A stretch of DNA of 18,651 nucleotides from Pseudomonadota bacterium (lineage in GTDB: Bacteria > Bdellovibrionota_B > Oligoflexia > Oligoflexales > CAIYRB01). The notes beneath the pieces are model-generated. The model worked only from the letters and a program-made list of their open reading frames with translations, had not been told where the DNA came from and made no database searches. Shown here one piece after another: positions 1-8,266 of the stretch. How positions within the stretch are numbered: position 1 is the stretch's first letter; each line of letters begins with the position of its first letter. The stretch spans positions 1-18,651 of the forward strand of contig JANOTL010000221.1 in the NCBI GenBank assembly GCA_031416315.1, given 5' to 3'. The position numbers and the translations under genes were made by a program.

Positions 1-125
1 GAAAATGGTTGGGCCGGCAGCGCGGAGCACGGACATGCGGCTAGCAGCATGCCGTCAGCGGCAGGCAGAAAGCGGTCGGCGGAGCACGGACCGCGGAATG
101 CCGCAAGCGGTCAGCGGTTGCGGAT

Positions 126-159
126 CGCGGGACCGTAAACCAACGTCCCGCGCCTTTTT
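126..159 (+). terminator. Candidate intrinsic terminator
   Basis: 8-bp perfect stem CGCGGGAC (126-133)/GTCCCGCG (145-152), 11-nt loop, followed by CC and TTTTT. Confidence 0.45.
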
Positions 160-173
160 AAACACCCTCTAAG
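153..173. mobile_element. Possible terminal inverted repeat (one end) of an IS5/IS1182-like element or MITE extending left of the window
   Basis: TTTTTAAACACCCTCTAA (minus strand TAGAGGGTGTTTAAAAA) resembles my recollection of IS5/IS1182-type ends. Frame +2 from the window edge ends in FLNTL* inside it. No transposase motif or partner repeat is in the window. Confidence 0.25.
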
Positions 174-220
174 GGCGTCAGCGACACGCCGAGCTGGTCG
201 GCGCCGCGCCCTCGGCTCAG

Positions 221-1651
221 TTATTGACAGCTCGTCTGGGTCAGCCACTTGACGAGCTGCTGCTTCTCCAGCGCCAATTCCGCCTGCAGGCAGTTGGCGA
301 GAGCGATGCGCTCGTCGCCGGTCAAGTCGTCGATGACGGCGCTGCCGGCGCCCGATTCCTGCTCGAGCGGGTTGGTGTGCGCGCCGAGCGGCATCGACTG
401 GTCGACCAGGATCTTGAAGTCGATCTGCGACCAGTCCGTCGCGCCGTTCATGGCGCCACGGGCTTTGTCGTTGTGGCAGGTCGCGCACTTCATCGAGTCG
501 CGCACCTTCTCCCAACGCACGGAAGGCTGCTCGGACAGCGTGTAAATATTGCCCACACCTGGCGCGCGGCCGAAGATGTCGGTGACGAACACCGTGGGAC
601 GACTCGCCATGCAGCTCTTGATGAAGTCCTCGGTGCGGCTTTGGCCGTTCAAGGGCACGAGCGGGCCGACGATCGGACCTTGGCCCTTCGGCTTCAGCAG
701 CGCTTTACTGCCGTTGCCGAAGAACGCCTCGCGCCAGGAGACGGCGGCGTTGCCTCCGCCTTCGTCCATCGCGGCATTGATCTGCTCGACGGCTTTCCAC
801 GCCGTTTCCGGCAGCTGCTCTTCGCCCTCACGCACGTGGTAGCCGAGCGGGCTGATCGCGCGCAGGCCGTTTGGGTGGCAGGAATAGCAGCCGCCCAAGG
901 ACGAGTTGGCTTCGGGGCGGAATTTCTCGTTGCCGCTGCCCCCGCGGAAGAACTTCTGGAAAAAGACTTTCGCGGCCTGAGGGCCAGCCTTCTTCTCGAG
1001 GGTCACCATCGTAAATGTGCGCGGCAACGATGGACCGGTGCCGTTGCCTTCGGCCGCGTAGGCCGTCGCCCCGGGAACGGGCGCTTGCGGCAGAGGCCGA
1101 AGAGCGTCATCGCCATGGTCTTCGGGCAGGGCGAAATTGAGCCAGCGATCGTAAGTGACCGGCGGCGTCACCTTATCGCCTGGAACGTAGACCATCAGGA
1201 GGGAAGGGGTGCCGCTGTCGAAGCCGCCCGCGTGGCGACTCTTGTAGCGAACGGCAAGCCAACCTTTCTCGGCGGCCAGCGCCTCGATGTTTTCGGGGAG
1301 CACGTACTCGAGGCCATTGGCGCTCGAGCTCAGGAGCTCGTCCGGCGGTCTCTTTTCGCTGGCGGTCTCTGGCGTCACGTCGGCGTCGGCGCTCGCGAGG
1401 TCGAAGCGCGTCGCGTAATCGAAAGCGCGCGTCAGGCAGGCCGGCACGGCGGCCGGGAAGCACTGCTTGATCTTGCCGGCGACGAAGGTCTCGCTGCCCT
1501 CCTTCAGGGCCGTGGCGGCGCCAAGGCGCCAGGCGGTCAAATCCGCGCCGGATGGCGGACCGGACAGGCAATCGAGGCCGGCAGCATGGGCTGGCGAGGC
1601 GAGGCTAACGAAGATGACGAGGGCGACGAGGGCGATTTGTTGAATCCGCAC
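221..1651 (-). CDS. Secreted diheme c-type cytochrome-like protein (476 aa)
   Basis: Sec signal peptide ending AHA|A. Two heme-attachment motifs, CYSCH (875-889) and CATCH (473-487); the second is followed by SMP (possible Met axial ligand). GTG start preceded by AAGGA. Confidence 0.75.
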   Translation of the reverse strand: MRIQQIALVALVIFVSLASPAHAAGLDCLSGPPSGADLTAWRLGAATALKEGSETFVAGKIKQCFPAAVPACLTRAFDYATRFDLASADADVTPETASEKRPPDELLSSSANGLEYVLPENIEALAAEKGWLAVRYKSRHAGGFDSGTPSLLMVYVPGDKVTPPVTYDRWLNFALPEDHGDDALRPLPQAPVPGATAYAAEGNGTGPSLPRTFTMVTLEKKAGPQAAKVFFQKFFRGGSGNEKFRPEANSSLGGCYSCHPNGLRAISPLGYHVREGEEQLPETAWKAVEQINAAMDEGGGNAAVSWREAFFGNGSKALLKPKGQGPIVGPLVPLNGQSRTEDFIKSCMASRPTVFVTDIFGRAPGVGNIYTLSEQPSVRWEKVRDSMKCATCHNDKARGAMNGATDWSQIDFKILVDQSMPLGAHTNPLEQESGAGSAVIDDLTGDERIALANCLQAELALEKQQLVKWLTQTSCQ

Positions 1652-1749
1652 GGGCGTTTCCTTTTAAAAGTCACGCGCATTCTATAGAGATGTCTAATGC
1701 AAATCAAGCGTAACCTAATGTTTTTATTAAATTGGCCGACCAGTATAAT

Positions 1750-2865
1750 ATGGAAGCAAAGAATCAAGACGAGCTCCCGACCAGGCCGACCGACCTCGAC
1801 AAGACCTTCGCCGAGCTTGGGCTGCATCAACCCCCAAGGTGGGGCGGCGGTCGCTACCTGCTCGCGGCGCTCGGCTCGTTCGCGGCCTGCGTCGCCGTCA
1901 TGTTCGTGAGCTCCGGGATGCCGGCGCAGCTGGTCGGGCTCACGCTGTCGTTCGCGTCTGCCTACTTCGCCTTCAAGGGGTCGCTTCACCCTCATCTCGC
2001 GCTGAAGCTCGTCAATTGCCTCGTCTTCGTCCTATCGGCGCTGACGACTCTGATGATGGCGGCCTTTGCCGGCGGCGGCGGCTTCACGCGCGGCCGCCAG
2101 CTGCGGCGCTTCGGCAAGGCGATGCTACCCGTCCTCGACGGCCGCGACGACGGCTGGACGCACGTGAAGCTCGCGCCGGTCGTCGACGACGCAACGCGAC
2201 GCGGGCTTGCGGCGCAGTGGCGTGAGAACGGCCGCACCGAGCACGCCTCCGTCGCCGCGTTTGCCCGCTTGACCCTCGATCTGATGGCGCTCGGCGCGCC
2301 GCCGGACCTCGTCTCGGCTGCGAACAGGGACGCCCTCGACGAGATCCGCCACGCCGAGCTGTGCTTTTCGCTCGCCCGCGCGCTCGACGGGCAAACGCTC
2401 CGGCCGAGCGCGTTTCCCGAGGCGCAAACGGCGCGTATGCTTCCATCGCAACGCCTGCTGGCTTTGTCCAAGCTAGCCGTCGACTCTCTGATCGACGGCG
2501 CCTTGTACGAAGGCTTTTCTGCCCGTGTGGTCGCCAAGCTCTCGCGCCGTTGCGAAGACCAGGAGATCCAGGGGATCCTTCGCCAGATCGCCGAGGACGA
2601 ATGGCGCCATGCCGCGCACGGCTGGGACGTCGTCTACTGGTGCGTCGCCGAAGGCGGCGATCCGGTGCTCGCGGCGCTGCGCGGCGCGCTGAAGACCTTG
2701 CCGGATGCCGTCCGCTCGACCTTGCCGGAGGCCGCTGCGCGAGGCGATTGGGAGCGCTGGGGGATCCACGGCCACGCGCTCGAGACCGAGGAATTCACCC
2801 GCACGCGGCACGAGCTCGTGCGTCGGGTCGAATCGATGCACAAACCGAGGGCCAAAGCCGCATGA
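1750..2865 (+). CDS. Membrane-anchored ferritin-like (di-iron carboxylate) domain protein (~371 aa)
   Basis: About 3 hydrophobic N-terminal segments, then E...ExxH...E...ExxH ligand pattern (TEHASV, DEIRH, YEGFSA, DEWRH). ATG at 1750 preferred over TTG at 1732. Confidence 0.8.
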   Translation: MEAKNQDELPTRPTDLDKTFAELGLHQPPRWGGGRYLLAALGSFAACVAVMFVSSGMPAQLVGLTLSFASAYFAFKGSLHPHLALKLVNCLVFVLSALTTLMMAAFAGGGGFTRGRQLRRFGKAMLPVLDGRDDGWTHVKLAPVVDDATRRGLAAQWRENGRTEHASVAAFARLTLDLMALGAPPDLVSAANRDALDEIRHAELCFSLARALDGQTLRPSAFPEAQTARMLPSQRLLALSKLAVDSLIDGALYEGFSARVVAKLSRRCEDQEIQGILRQIAEDEWRHAAHGWDVVYWCVAEGGDPVLAALRGALKTLPDAVRSTLPEAAARGDWERWGIHGHALETEEFTRTRHELVRRVESMHKPRAKAA

Positions 2866-4196
2866 ACCTCAAGCATTGCTCCATCGCCACGCTCTTGCTG
2901 CTGCAAGCTTGCACGAAGTCCGAAAGCGCGCCGAAAAGCACCGGCGCGGTACCGGTCGCACCCGCCGCTGCGCCCGCCCCGACGCCCGCCGATGAGCAGA
3001 TCACGGCCGCGACGAGCGCGGCGAACGTGGCGGGGGCGTTTCTTACCGTCGATTGCAGCAACTTCGAGAGCATCTCGGCGCTGGCGAACGTGAACGCAGA
3101 GTCGGAGACGTTCGGCTGCCTCTACAAGGCGAAGGCCGATCAGACGCGTCTCGTCGTGCCGCCCACGGAGGCGGTCCTCGAGATCGAGCTGGACGACGGC
3201 ACCAAGCGTCAGCCAGAGGTCGTGCCGACGGGCGAAGCGGTCGGCTGGCACTTCGGCTTCAACCTGAGAAAGACGGAGCGCGATCGCGTCAAGTCCGTGA
3301 CCGTCCGCGCCAAGGATCCTCTGGGTGCAGAGCTCGCGGCCGACACCAAGGCGCTCGACTACGACTACACCAAAGATCCGGCCTTCGGCGTCGACGCGAT
3401 CGAGTGGATCGAGCTCGCCGGCGAGGTCCTCTTCGAGATGTTCCGCGAGAAGGCGCCGGGCTGCAAACCCTCTCCCGCCTTTCCCGCGGAGGGCGTCCCG
3501 GCCGGCCGCGTTTGGCCCTTGCCCGACGCCTTCCTCGCGCAGGATTTCCATCTGGCGTTCGTCACGCAGCAAAGACACCGCTCGGGCAAAGGCGTCGCCG
3601 AATTCGACCGCGCCTGCCAAGAAGCGGGCGACGGCCTGGCGAAGAACCGCAGCTGGAAGGCCATCGTCAGTACGACCGCCGAGGCCGCGAAGGACCGGAT
3701 CAAAGTCACCAAGCCGGTGTTCAACTCCCTTGGCTTCGTCGTCGCTCGCAACGCCGACGAGTTCTGGAACATCGATCGCTTTGCCGACCGCTTCGGCGAG
3801 ACCGGCACCACGGAATTCGACCGGAAGAACCGGTACGAGCAGTTCGCGGTGCCGGAATCCGTGGTCGACGCGGGGACCTGGCACAACTCCCTCTTCAGCG
3901 AGTGCGCGCTGCAGTTCAAGCAGGCCTACCTTGGAATCACCAGCAAAGCCGGCTCGCCGCTCGGCCCGGTCTACACCTCCGGCTGGACGGGCTCGCTTCC
4001 GGGCGGCGTGCAGAACGTCGCCGCCGGCAACTGCGAGGACTGGACGAGCTCTTCGAAAGACGTGAAAGGCGGCGTCGGCCGCGCCTATGCTGCCGACCAG
4101 ACCGTGTTCGCACGCCTGTCGGAGGATCCTGGCGAAGCCCCCGACGATTTCGAGCGCTGCTCCCTCCGCGGATTCGTCCTTTGCATCAGCCAATGA
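2862..4196 (+). CDS. Lipoprotein with C-terminal DUF1554 (endostatin/Len-like) domain (444 aa)
   Basis: ATG overlaps the upstream TGA (ATGA, 2862-2865). Lipobox LLLQAC, Pro/Ala linker. C-terminal motifs AFVT, DRACQ, WKAIVS, PVFN..G, WTGS, GNCEDWTS, C...VLCISQ. The longer 2361 start is a shadow extension. Confidence 0.75.
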   Translation: MNLKHCSIATLLLLQACTKSESAPKSTGAVPVAPAAAPAPTPADEQITAATSAANVAGAFLTVDCSNFESISALANVNAESETFGCLYKAKADQTRLVVPPTEAVLEIELDDGTKRQPEVVPTGEAVGWHFGFNLRKTERDRVKSVTVRAKDPLGAELAADTKALDYDYTKDPAFGVDAIEWIELAGEVLFEMFREKAPGCKPSPAFPAEGVPAGRVWPLPDAFLAQDFHLAFVTQQRHRSGKGVAEFDRACQEAGDGLAKNRSWKAIVSTTAEAAKDRIKVTKPVFNSLGFVVARNADEFWNIDRFADRFGETGTTEFDRKNRYEQFAVPESVVDAGTWHNSLFSECALQFKQAYLGITSKAGSPLGPVYTSGWTGSLPGGVQNVAAGNCEDWTSSSKDVKGGVGRAYAADQTVFARLSEDPGEAPDDFERCSLRGFVLCISQ

Positions 4197-4198
4197 GC

Positions 4199-4213
4199 TG
4201 CTAAGATCGCCCC
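4199..4213 (+). promoter_or_regulatory. Candidate extended -10 promoter giving a leaderless transcript
   Basis: TG-C-TAAGAT, 6-nt spacer CGCCCC, then ATG 4214; no Shine-Dalgarno nearby. Confidence 0.45.
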
Positions 4214-5074
4214 ATGAAGGCCGTCGCGCAGCGAATCGAGATCATTGACGAGCGCCTCGCCGAAGCCGCGACGGCCCGCGAGTTCCTCCTCGCGCTCTTC
4301 GAGCACCGGAAGAAGACGACGCGCGGCGTCTCCCTCGCCTGGGTCGTGAAGCGCGCCGGCATCGCCTCGCGCGGCTACCTCTCCGACGTCATGCGCGGCC
4401 GCCGCGTCCTGCACCCGAAGTACGAGACGCCGCTCCTCGAAGCGCTCGGCGCCGGAGACGGCGTGAAGGAGCTCGCCTCGGCGCTCCTGGCGCATGAGCG
4501 CGCGGAGAAGCCGGCCGAAAGGCGGCGGCTCGCGGAAGCCGTGTTCGAGGCCCGCGCCACCTTGAAGATGGAGGTCGCCAACAAGCCCTTGCCGGAAAAG
4601 CCGCCGAACATCTTCACGTTCGAGCTGGCCTCGACGTTCCAGCTCCTGGGCCCGCGGTTCACTCGGAAGGACCTCGAGCGCCGCTTTCCGAAGGACCGCC
4701 ACGCGGAGATCGCGGAGGCGCTCGTTTACATGGAGCGCATCGGCCACCTGAAGAAGAGCGTCGCCTGCGTCTACCAAACTCCTAAATCACTGCTCGTTTA
4801 CCCCGTGCATCTGGACCCGGAGTTCTCGGAGCAGTGCCTGCGCTACGCCATGGGCCAATCCGCCCGGCACGTGCGCCGCTGGGTCGGCCGCCGCGACGAG
4901 GCGCACTTCCAGGCCATGATCATCCCGGCCGAGCGCGCCGCAATGCAAAGGCACCTGCCGAAGATCCGCAAGCTCCTCGGCCAGATCAACGCCCTGATCA
5001 AGAGTGAGACTCCGGACTGCCTCGTGCGCGTCGGCTTCAACGCCTTCCCGCTGAGCGAGCCCGCGCCGGAATGA
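4214..5074 (+). CDS. TIGR02147-like protein (N-terminal HTH, DUF4423-like C-terminus), putative regulator
   Basis: 'EFLLALFEHRK...SLAWVVKRAGIASRGYLSDVMRGRR' HTH, central winged-helix-like 'EALVYMERIGHL', and terminal 'LVRVGFNAFPL' match the family architecture as I know it. Confidence 0.75.
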   Translation: MKAVAQRIEIIDERLAEAATAREFLLALFEHRKKTTRGVSLAWVVKRAGIASRGYLSDVMRGRRVLHPKYETPLLEALGAGDGVKELASALLAHERAEKPAERRRLAEAVFEARATLKMEVANKPLPEKPPNIFTFELASTFQLLGPRFTRKDLERRFPKDRHAEIAEALVYMERIGHLKKSVACVYQTPKSLLVYPVHLDPEFSEQCLRYAMGQSARHVRRWVGRRDEAHFQAMIIPAERAAMQRHLPKIRKLLGQINALIKSETPDCLVRVGFNAFPLSEPAPE

Positions 5075-5241
5075 GATGAGCCGGGATGAGTCGTCTTGCG
5101 AGCGACTGTCCCGGCCTTTAGGCCTCCGAGGGGGGGGAACGAAGGTCCTACACGAAGGATACTGCGCTTTTACGGCGTGGGCCGGGGCAATGCGCCTCGT
5201 GAGAACGGATGTGTACGCAGGAACCGGACCGCGGCGTACAG

Positions 5242-6570
5242 CTATTTGCCCTTCTTTTTCGGCTTTTTCGGCGCCAGGTCCTGAAAAACCCGGGGTTCGG
5301 TGAGAAAGCCGTCGTGCGAGCTGGCCTTCAGGTAGCGAAAGCGCACCAAGGTCCCGAGCTGCTTCGCCTCGTCGATGAAGGCGCCGGCGGGCACGATCGG
5401 GTCGTTCTTACTGGCGTAGAGGTGGAACTTGAGCGTCGGCCGGGCTTTCAAGTTGGCGATCACCGCGCCCAGGGAGAAGGGCTCGGGGATGTAGGTCGTC
5501 TGGGAAAGCGCGTCGTTCGAGGGCTGAGCGAGGGACACGATGGCGGCCATGTACCGGCATTCGTTGAAGAGCCAGGTCTCGGGCCTCTCACCCGCGGCCC
5601 TGAGGCGGCCGAGCGCGACGTCACAGGAGCTCTTGCTCTCGTCGGCCTTCGCCACGATCGGCGCCTCGATGAGCGAGATGACGCTCGCCGGCAGGAGGAT
5701 CGAGGAGCGCTCGGTCAGGATGTTCTCCTTGACGAAGCCCGGCAAGACCGTCTTCTGGTTCGCGGCCAGATTCTGGATCAGGCCGTTGAGATCGGGCCAC
5801 ACCGTCTCGAAGCCGAGGTAGTAGACCAGGGCGTCGAGCACCGCCGGCCCGCAGATCTTCATGTTCTTGTCCTGGAAGCAGGTCTTCGGGGTGATCTGCG
5901 CCTTCGCCTTGATCAAGGAGGCCTTGGCGAGAGGGTAGGCGACGAAGAAGAGCTCCGCCGACCGCTTCTGCGCCAAGAGCCTAAGCCGCGTGAAGTCGCC
6001 GTCGTCCTGGTAGATCGCGGCGCCGTGCGCGAACGCGGCCGTAAGCCCGTCCGGCGCGACCTCTAGATAACGATGCACGATGTAGCCGCCGTAGCTTTGG
6101 CCGAAGGCGCGCCACTTTTTGCCGCTCATCACCTTCTTCCGGATCGCCTCCGCGTCCTTCACGATCGCGGTCGAGCCGTACTTGAGGATGCGCGTCAAGG
6201 CAGCGACGTCGTTCCCCGTGGGAAAGGGGGAAGAACAGCCGGTGCCGCGCTGATCCACATAAATCAGGGGTAGGGCGCGCCCTTCGGCGGACTTTTCGAA
6301 CGCGGCGTAGCTCTCGTGGCTCGATTCGCCCGGGCCGCCGTTGAAGAAGACGAGGGGCGTCTCTTCGGCCGCAGGCTTCTTCCCGTAGTAGAAGATCTTG
6401 AGCTTGGCGCCCGCGGGATTCTTCCAGTCCTCCGGCACCTCGACGAAATCCTGCAGAAGCGCCTTCGGCAGACCGGCGCGAAACTCCGCGCAGGTCTTCC
6501 CCGCCGCGCGCGCCCCGCCCGAGAGAGCGAGGCACGCGAGAGCGACTGAGAGCGGCGCGACCGGGCGCAT
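5242..6570 (-). CDS. Secreted alpha/beta-hydrolase, prolyl/tripeptidyl aminopeptidase-like (S33)
   Basis: Signal peptide ending ARA|A; FNGGPG, DQRGTG, nucleophile elbow GQSYGG, C-terminal NDPIV (Asp) and SSHDG (His). Confidence 0.85.
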   Translation of the reverse strand: MRPVAPLSVALACLALSGGARAAGKTCAEFRAGLPKALLQDFVEVPEDWKNPAGAKLKIFYYGKKPAAEETPLVFFNGGPGESSHESYAAFEKSAEGRALPLIYVDQRGTGCSSPFPTGNDVAALTRILKYGSTAIVKDAEAIRKKVMSGKKWRAFGQSYGGYIVHRYLEVAPDGLTAAFAHGAAIYQDDGDFTRLRLLAQKRSAELFFVAYPLAKASLIKAKAQITPKTCFQDKNMKICGPAVLDALVYYLGFETVWPDLNGLIQNLAANQKTVLPGFVKENILTERSSILLPASVISLIEAPIVAKADESKSSCDVALGRLRAAGERPETWLFNECRYMAAIVSLAQPSNDALSQTTYIPEPFSLGAVIANLKARPTLKFHLYASKNDPIVPAGAFIDEAKQLGTLVRFRYLKASSHDGFLTEPRVFQDLAPKKPKKKGK

Positions 6571-6571
6571 C

Positions 6572-8179
6572 TTAGAACTTTTGCTCGACCGGTTGTCCAG
6601 CCTTGATCGGTCCGAAGTCTCCGATCCGCTTACCTTCGGCGTCGAAGACCAGGCCGAAATAGATGTGCCCGCCGTCGAGCTCTCCGATTTGCTCGGCGCC
6701 GCTCGCCCACTTGAGGTCGAGGACCGGCTTGGAGCAAGCGTCCTTGCAGAGGGCCAACGCTTCCTGCTTCTTCGAATCCTGGTCGCCGCAGCTGGCCGTG
6801 AGCGGCAACTTCCCGCCGTCGGCGCAGAGCACCGAGCCGCCCGCGGTCTTGCCGGCGTCGCAAGTCTTGCCCGTGCTGTAGTCGATGACGCCGCACAGCG
6901 CCGGAGCGTCTTGGAAGAGCTGAAAGTTGCCTTCCTTACTGGCTTCGACGAAGAACTTGAAGCTCGTCGATACGAGGCCCGGCGCCGGCGGCGGCTGGTC
7001 GGGAGAACCGGCGGCGTAGTAATCTTTCAGCGCCGAGGCGTCGAACTTCTCTTCCCCGCCGTCGCCGAACTTGACGTACACGGTCGGGAAGTCCTTGCCA
7101 GAGCGGCACTCCTCGACGGTGAAGCCTTTCTCGTGGGTCGCCTTCAGCTTCATGTACATCTCGGGCATGTTGTCGTTCAAGATCGCGAGGAAGCGGTCGT
7201 ACTCTTCGAAGCGCGCTTTCGAAAACCGGGCGGTGTCGCAGAACTTCAAGGAGGCGCCGAGGAACGCGGGCTCCGGCGTCGGCGGCGGGTTGAAGCAGTC
7301 GGTCTCCTTGCACGGAGCCGGCTCCGGCTTCGGCAGCGCCAGGCCGTCCCAGCCGTAGTAGTAGTCGGGCCCGATCTTCGAGACGTCCTTCAACGTGATC
7401 TCGAACTTGCCTTGCGCGCCCTTCAAGAGCACGTGGACGAGCGGAAACTCCTTGCCGGAGTAGCAGCGGTAGGGCTCCGCGCCGGAGGCGAGCGCTTCGG
7501 CGAGCGCTTTGCCGCCTTCGACCTCGTACTTCACGAGAACCTCCGCGAGATCCTTCATGTCGCCGCGCAAGTTGCCGGAGCCGATGTCGCAGAATTTCAG
7601 GCCGCGCTGCTCGAAGCCGGGATCCGCCGGATCGACGCTCCCGGGCAGGGTGGCGGGCTCCGCCGAGCCGGCCGCGAGGACGGTGAGCGGGAAGCTGACG
7701 TCGACGGGCTTCGACGAGCTGAAGACGATCTGCTTCTGCACGCTGCCCTGTGCGGACTCGGCGCCGATGCTGTAGTCGCGGCCCGCGGAGATGAAGAGCG
7801 TGAAGACGTTCGAGCCGGAGTTCTCCTCCGTCACGGAGTCCTTCCGCTTCAGCTTGCCGTCGCCCTTGGCGGCGTAGCGCATGATCGTGAGCTTCGCGCC
7901 GACGACCGGACCGTCCTGCTCGTCCAAGACCTGGATGACGAAGCGCGACACCGGGAAGTCCAACTCCTTGTCCGGCTTGACGTCGCCTTTTTTCAAGGCG
8001 AAGCCGGTGAGCGCCAGGCCTTCGGAGACGGGTTTGCCGTCGTCCTTTGCTTTCTCTTCCGAGCCTGAGCCGTCTTGCTTCTTCGCGTCCTTGTCGTCCG
8101 ACCCTTCCGGGATGAGTCCGTTGCAGCTGGTGGCGAGCGTGACCAGCGTGACCGCTGCGAGGATTTTGCGAATAAGCAT
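6572..8179 (-). CDS. Cys-rich lipoprotein with internal tandem domain duplication (535 aa)
   Basis: Lipobox LATSC, charged linker, Ig/carboxypeptidase-regulatory-like 'IQVLDEQDGPVVGAKLTI', two LKFCD...C.SGK[ED]FP.V.V...DYY units. Purine-rich SD (AAGGAAGGG). Stop lies 1 nt before the hydrolase start. Confidence 0.75.
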   Translation of the reverse strand: MLIRKILAAVTLVTLATSCNGLIPEGSDDKDAKKQDGSGSEEKAKDDGKPVSEGLALTGFALKKGDVKPDKELDFPVSRFVIQVLDEQDGPVVGAKLTIMRYAAKGDGKLKRKDSVTEENSGSNVFTLFISAGRDYSIGAESAQGSVQKQIVFSSSKPVDVSFPLTVLAAGSAEPATLPGSVDPADPGFEQRGLKFCDIGSGNLRGDMKDLAEVLVKYEVEGGKALAEALASGAEPYRCYSGKEFPLVHVLLKGAQGKFEITLKDVSKIGPDYYYGWDGLALPKPEPAPCKETDCFNPPPTPEPAFLGASLKFCDTARFSKARFEEYDRFLAILNDNMPEMYMKLKATHEKGFTVEECRSGKDFPTVYVKFGDGGEEKFDASALKDYYAAGSPDQPPPAPGLVSTSFKFFVEASKEGNFQLFQDAPALCGVIDYSTGKTCDAGKTAGGSVLCADGGKLPLTASCGDQDSKKQEALALCKDACSKPVLDLKWASGAEQIGELDGGHIYFGLVFDAEGKRIGDFGPIKAGQPVEQKF

Positions 8180-8219
8180 GCGCTTTCCCTTCCTTAGGCA
8201 TCCGTGTGGCCCGGAAGGG

Positions 8220-8245
8220 ATCGGCGTGCCCGCCGAAGAATTTGA
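8220..8245 (-). promoter_or_regulatory. Candidate sigma28 (FliA) promoter
   Basis: Minus strand TCAAA-N15-GCCGAT, versus consensus TAAA-N15-GCCGATAA, about 40 nt upstream of ATG 8179. Confidence 0.55.
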
Positions 8246-8266
8246 GACCCCTTCAATTAATCACTG

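Noticed and set aside
22..117. CRISPR-like or regular tandem array
   Set aside because: Only two 13-bp copies plus irregular short words; no constant period and no cas genes.
224..1687. 487-aa plus-strand ORF, and similar long antisense ORFs (2634..4193, 6398..8068, 10089..11159, 11321..12403)
   Set aside because: They mirror well-supported genes on the opposite strand, as expected in high-GC DNA, and have no motifs.
2361..2861. N-terminal extension of the 611-aa ORF
   Set aside because: Arg-rich shadow frame inside the ferritin-like gene; the signal peptide starts at 2862.
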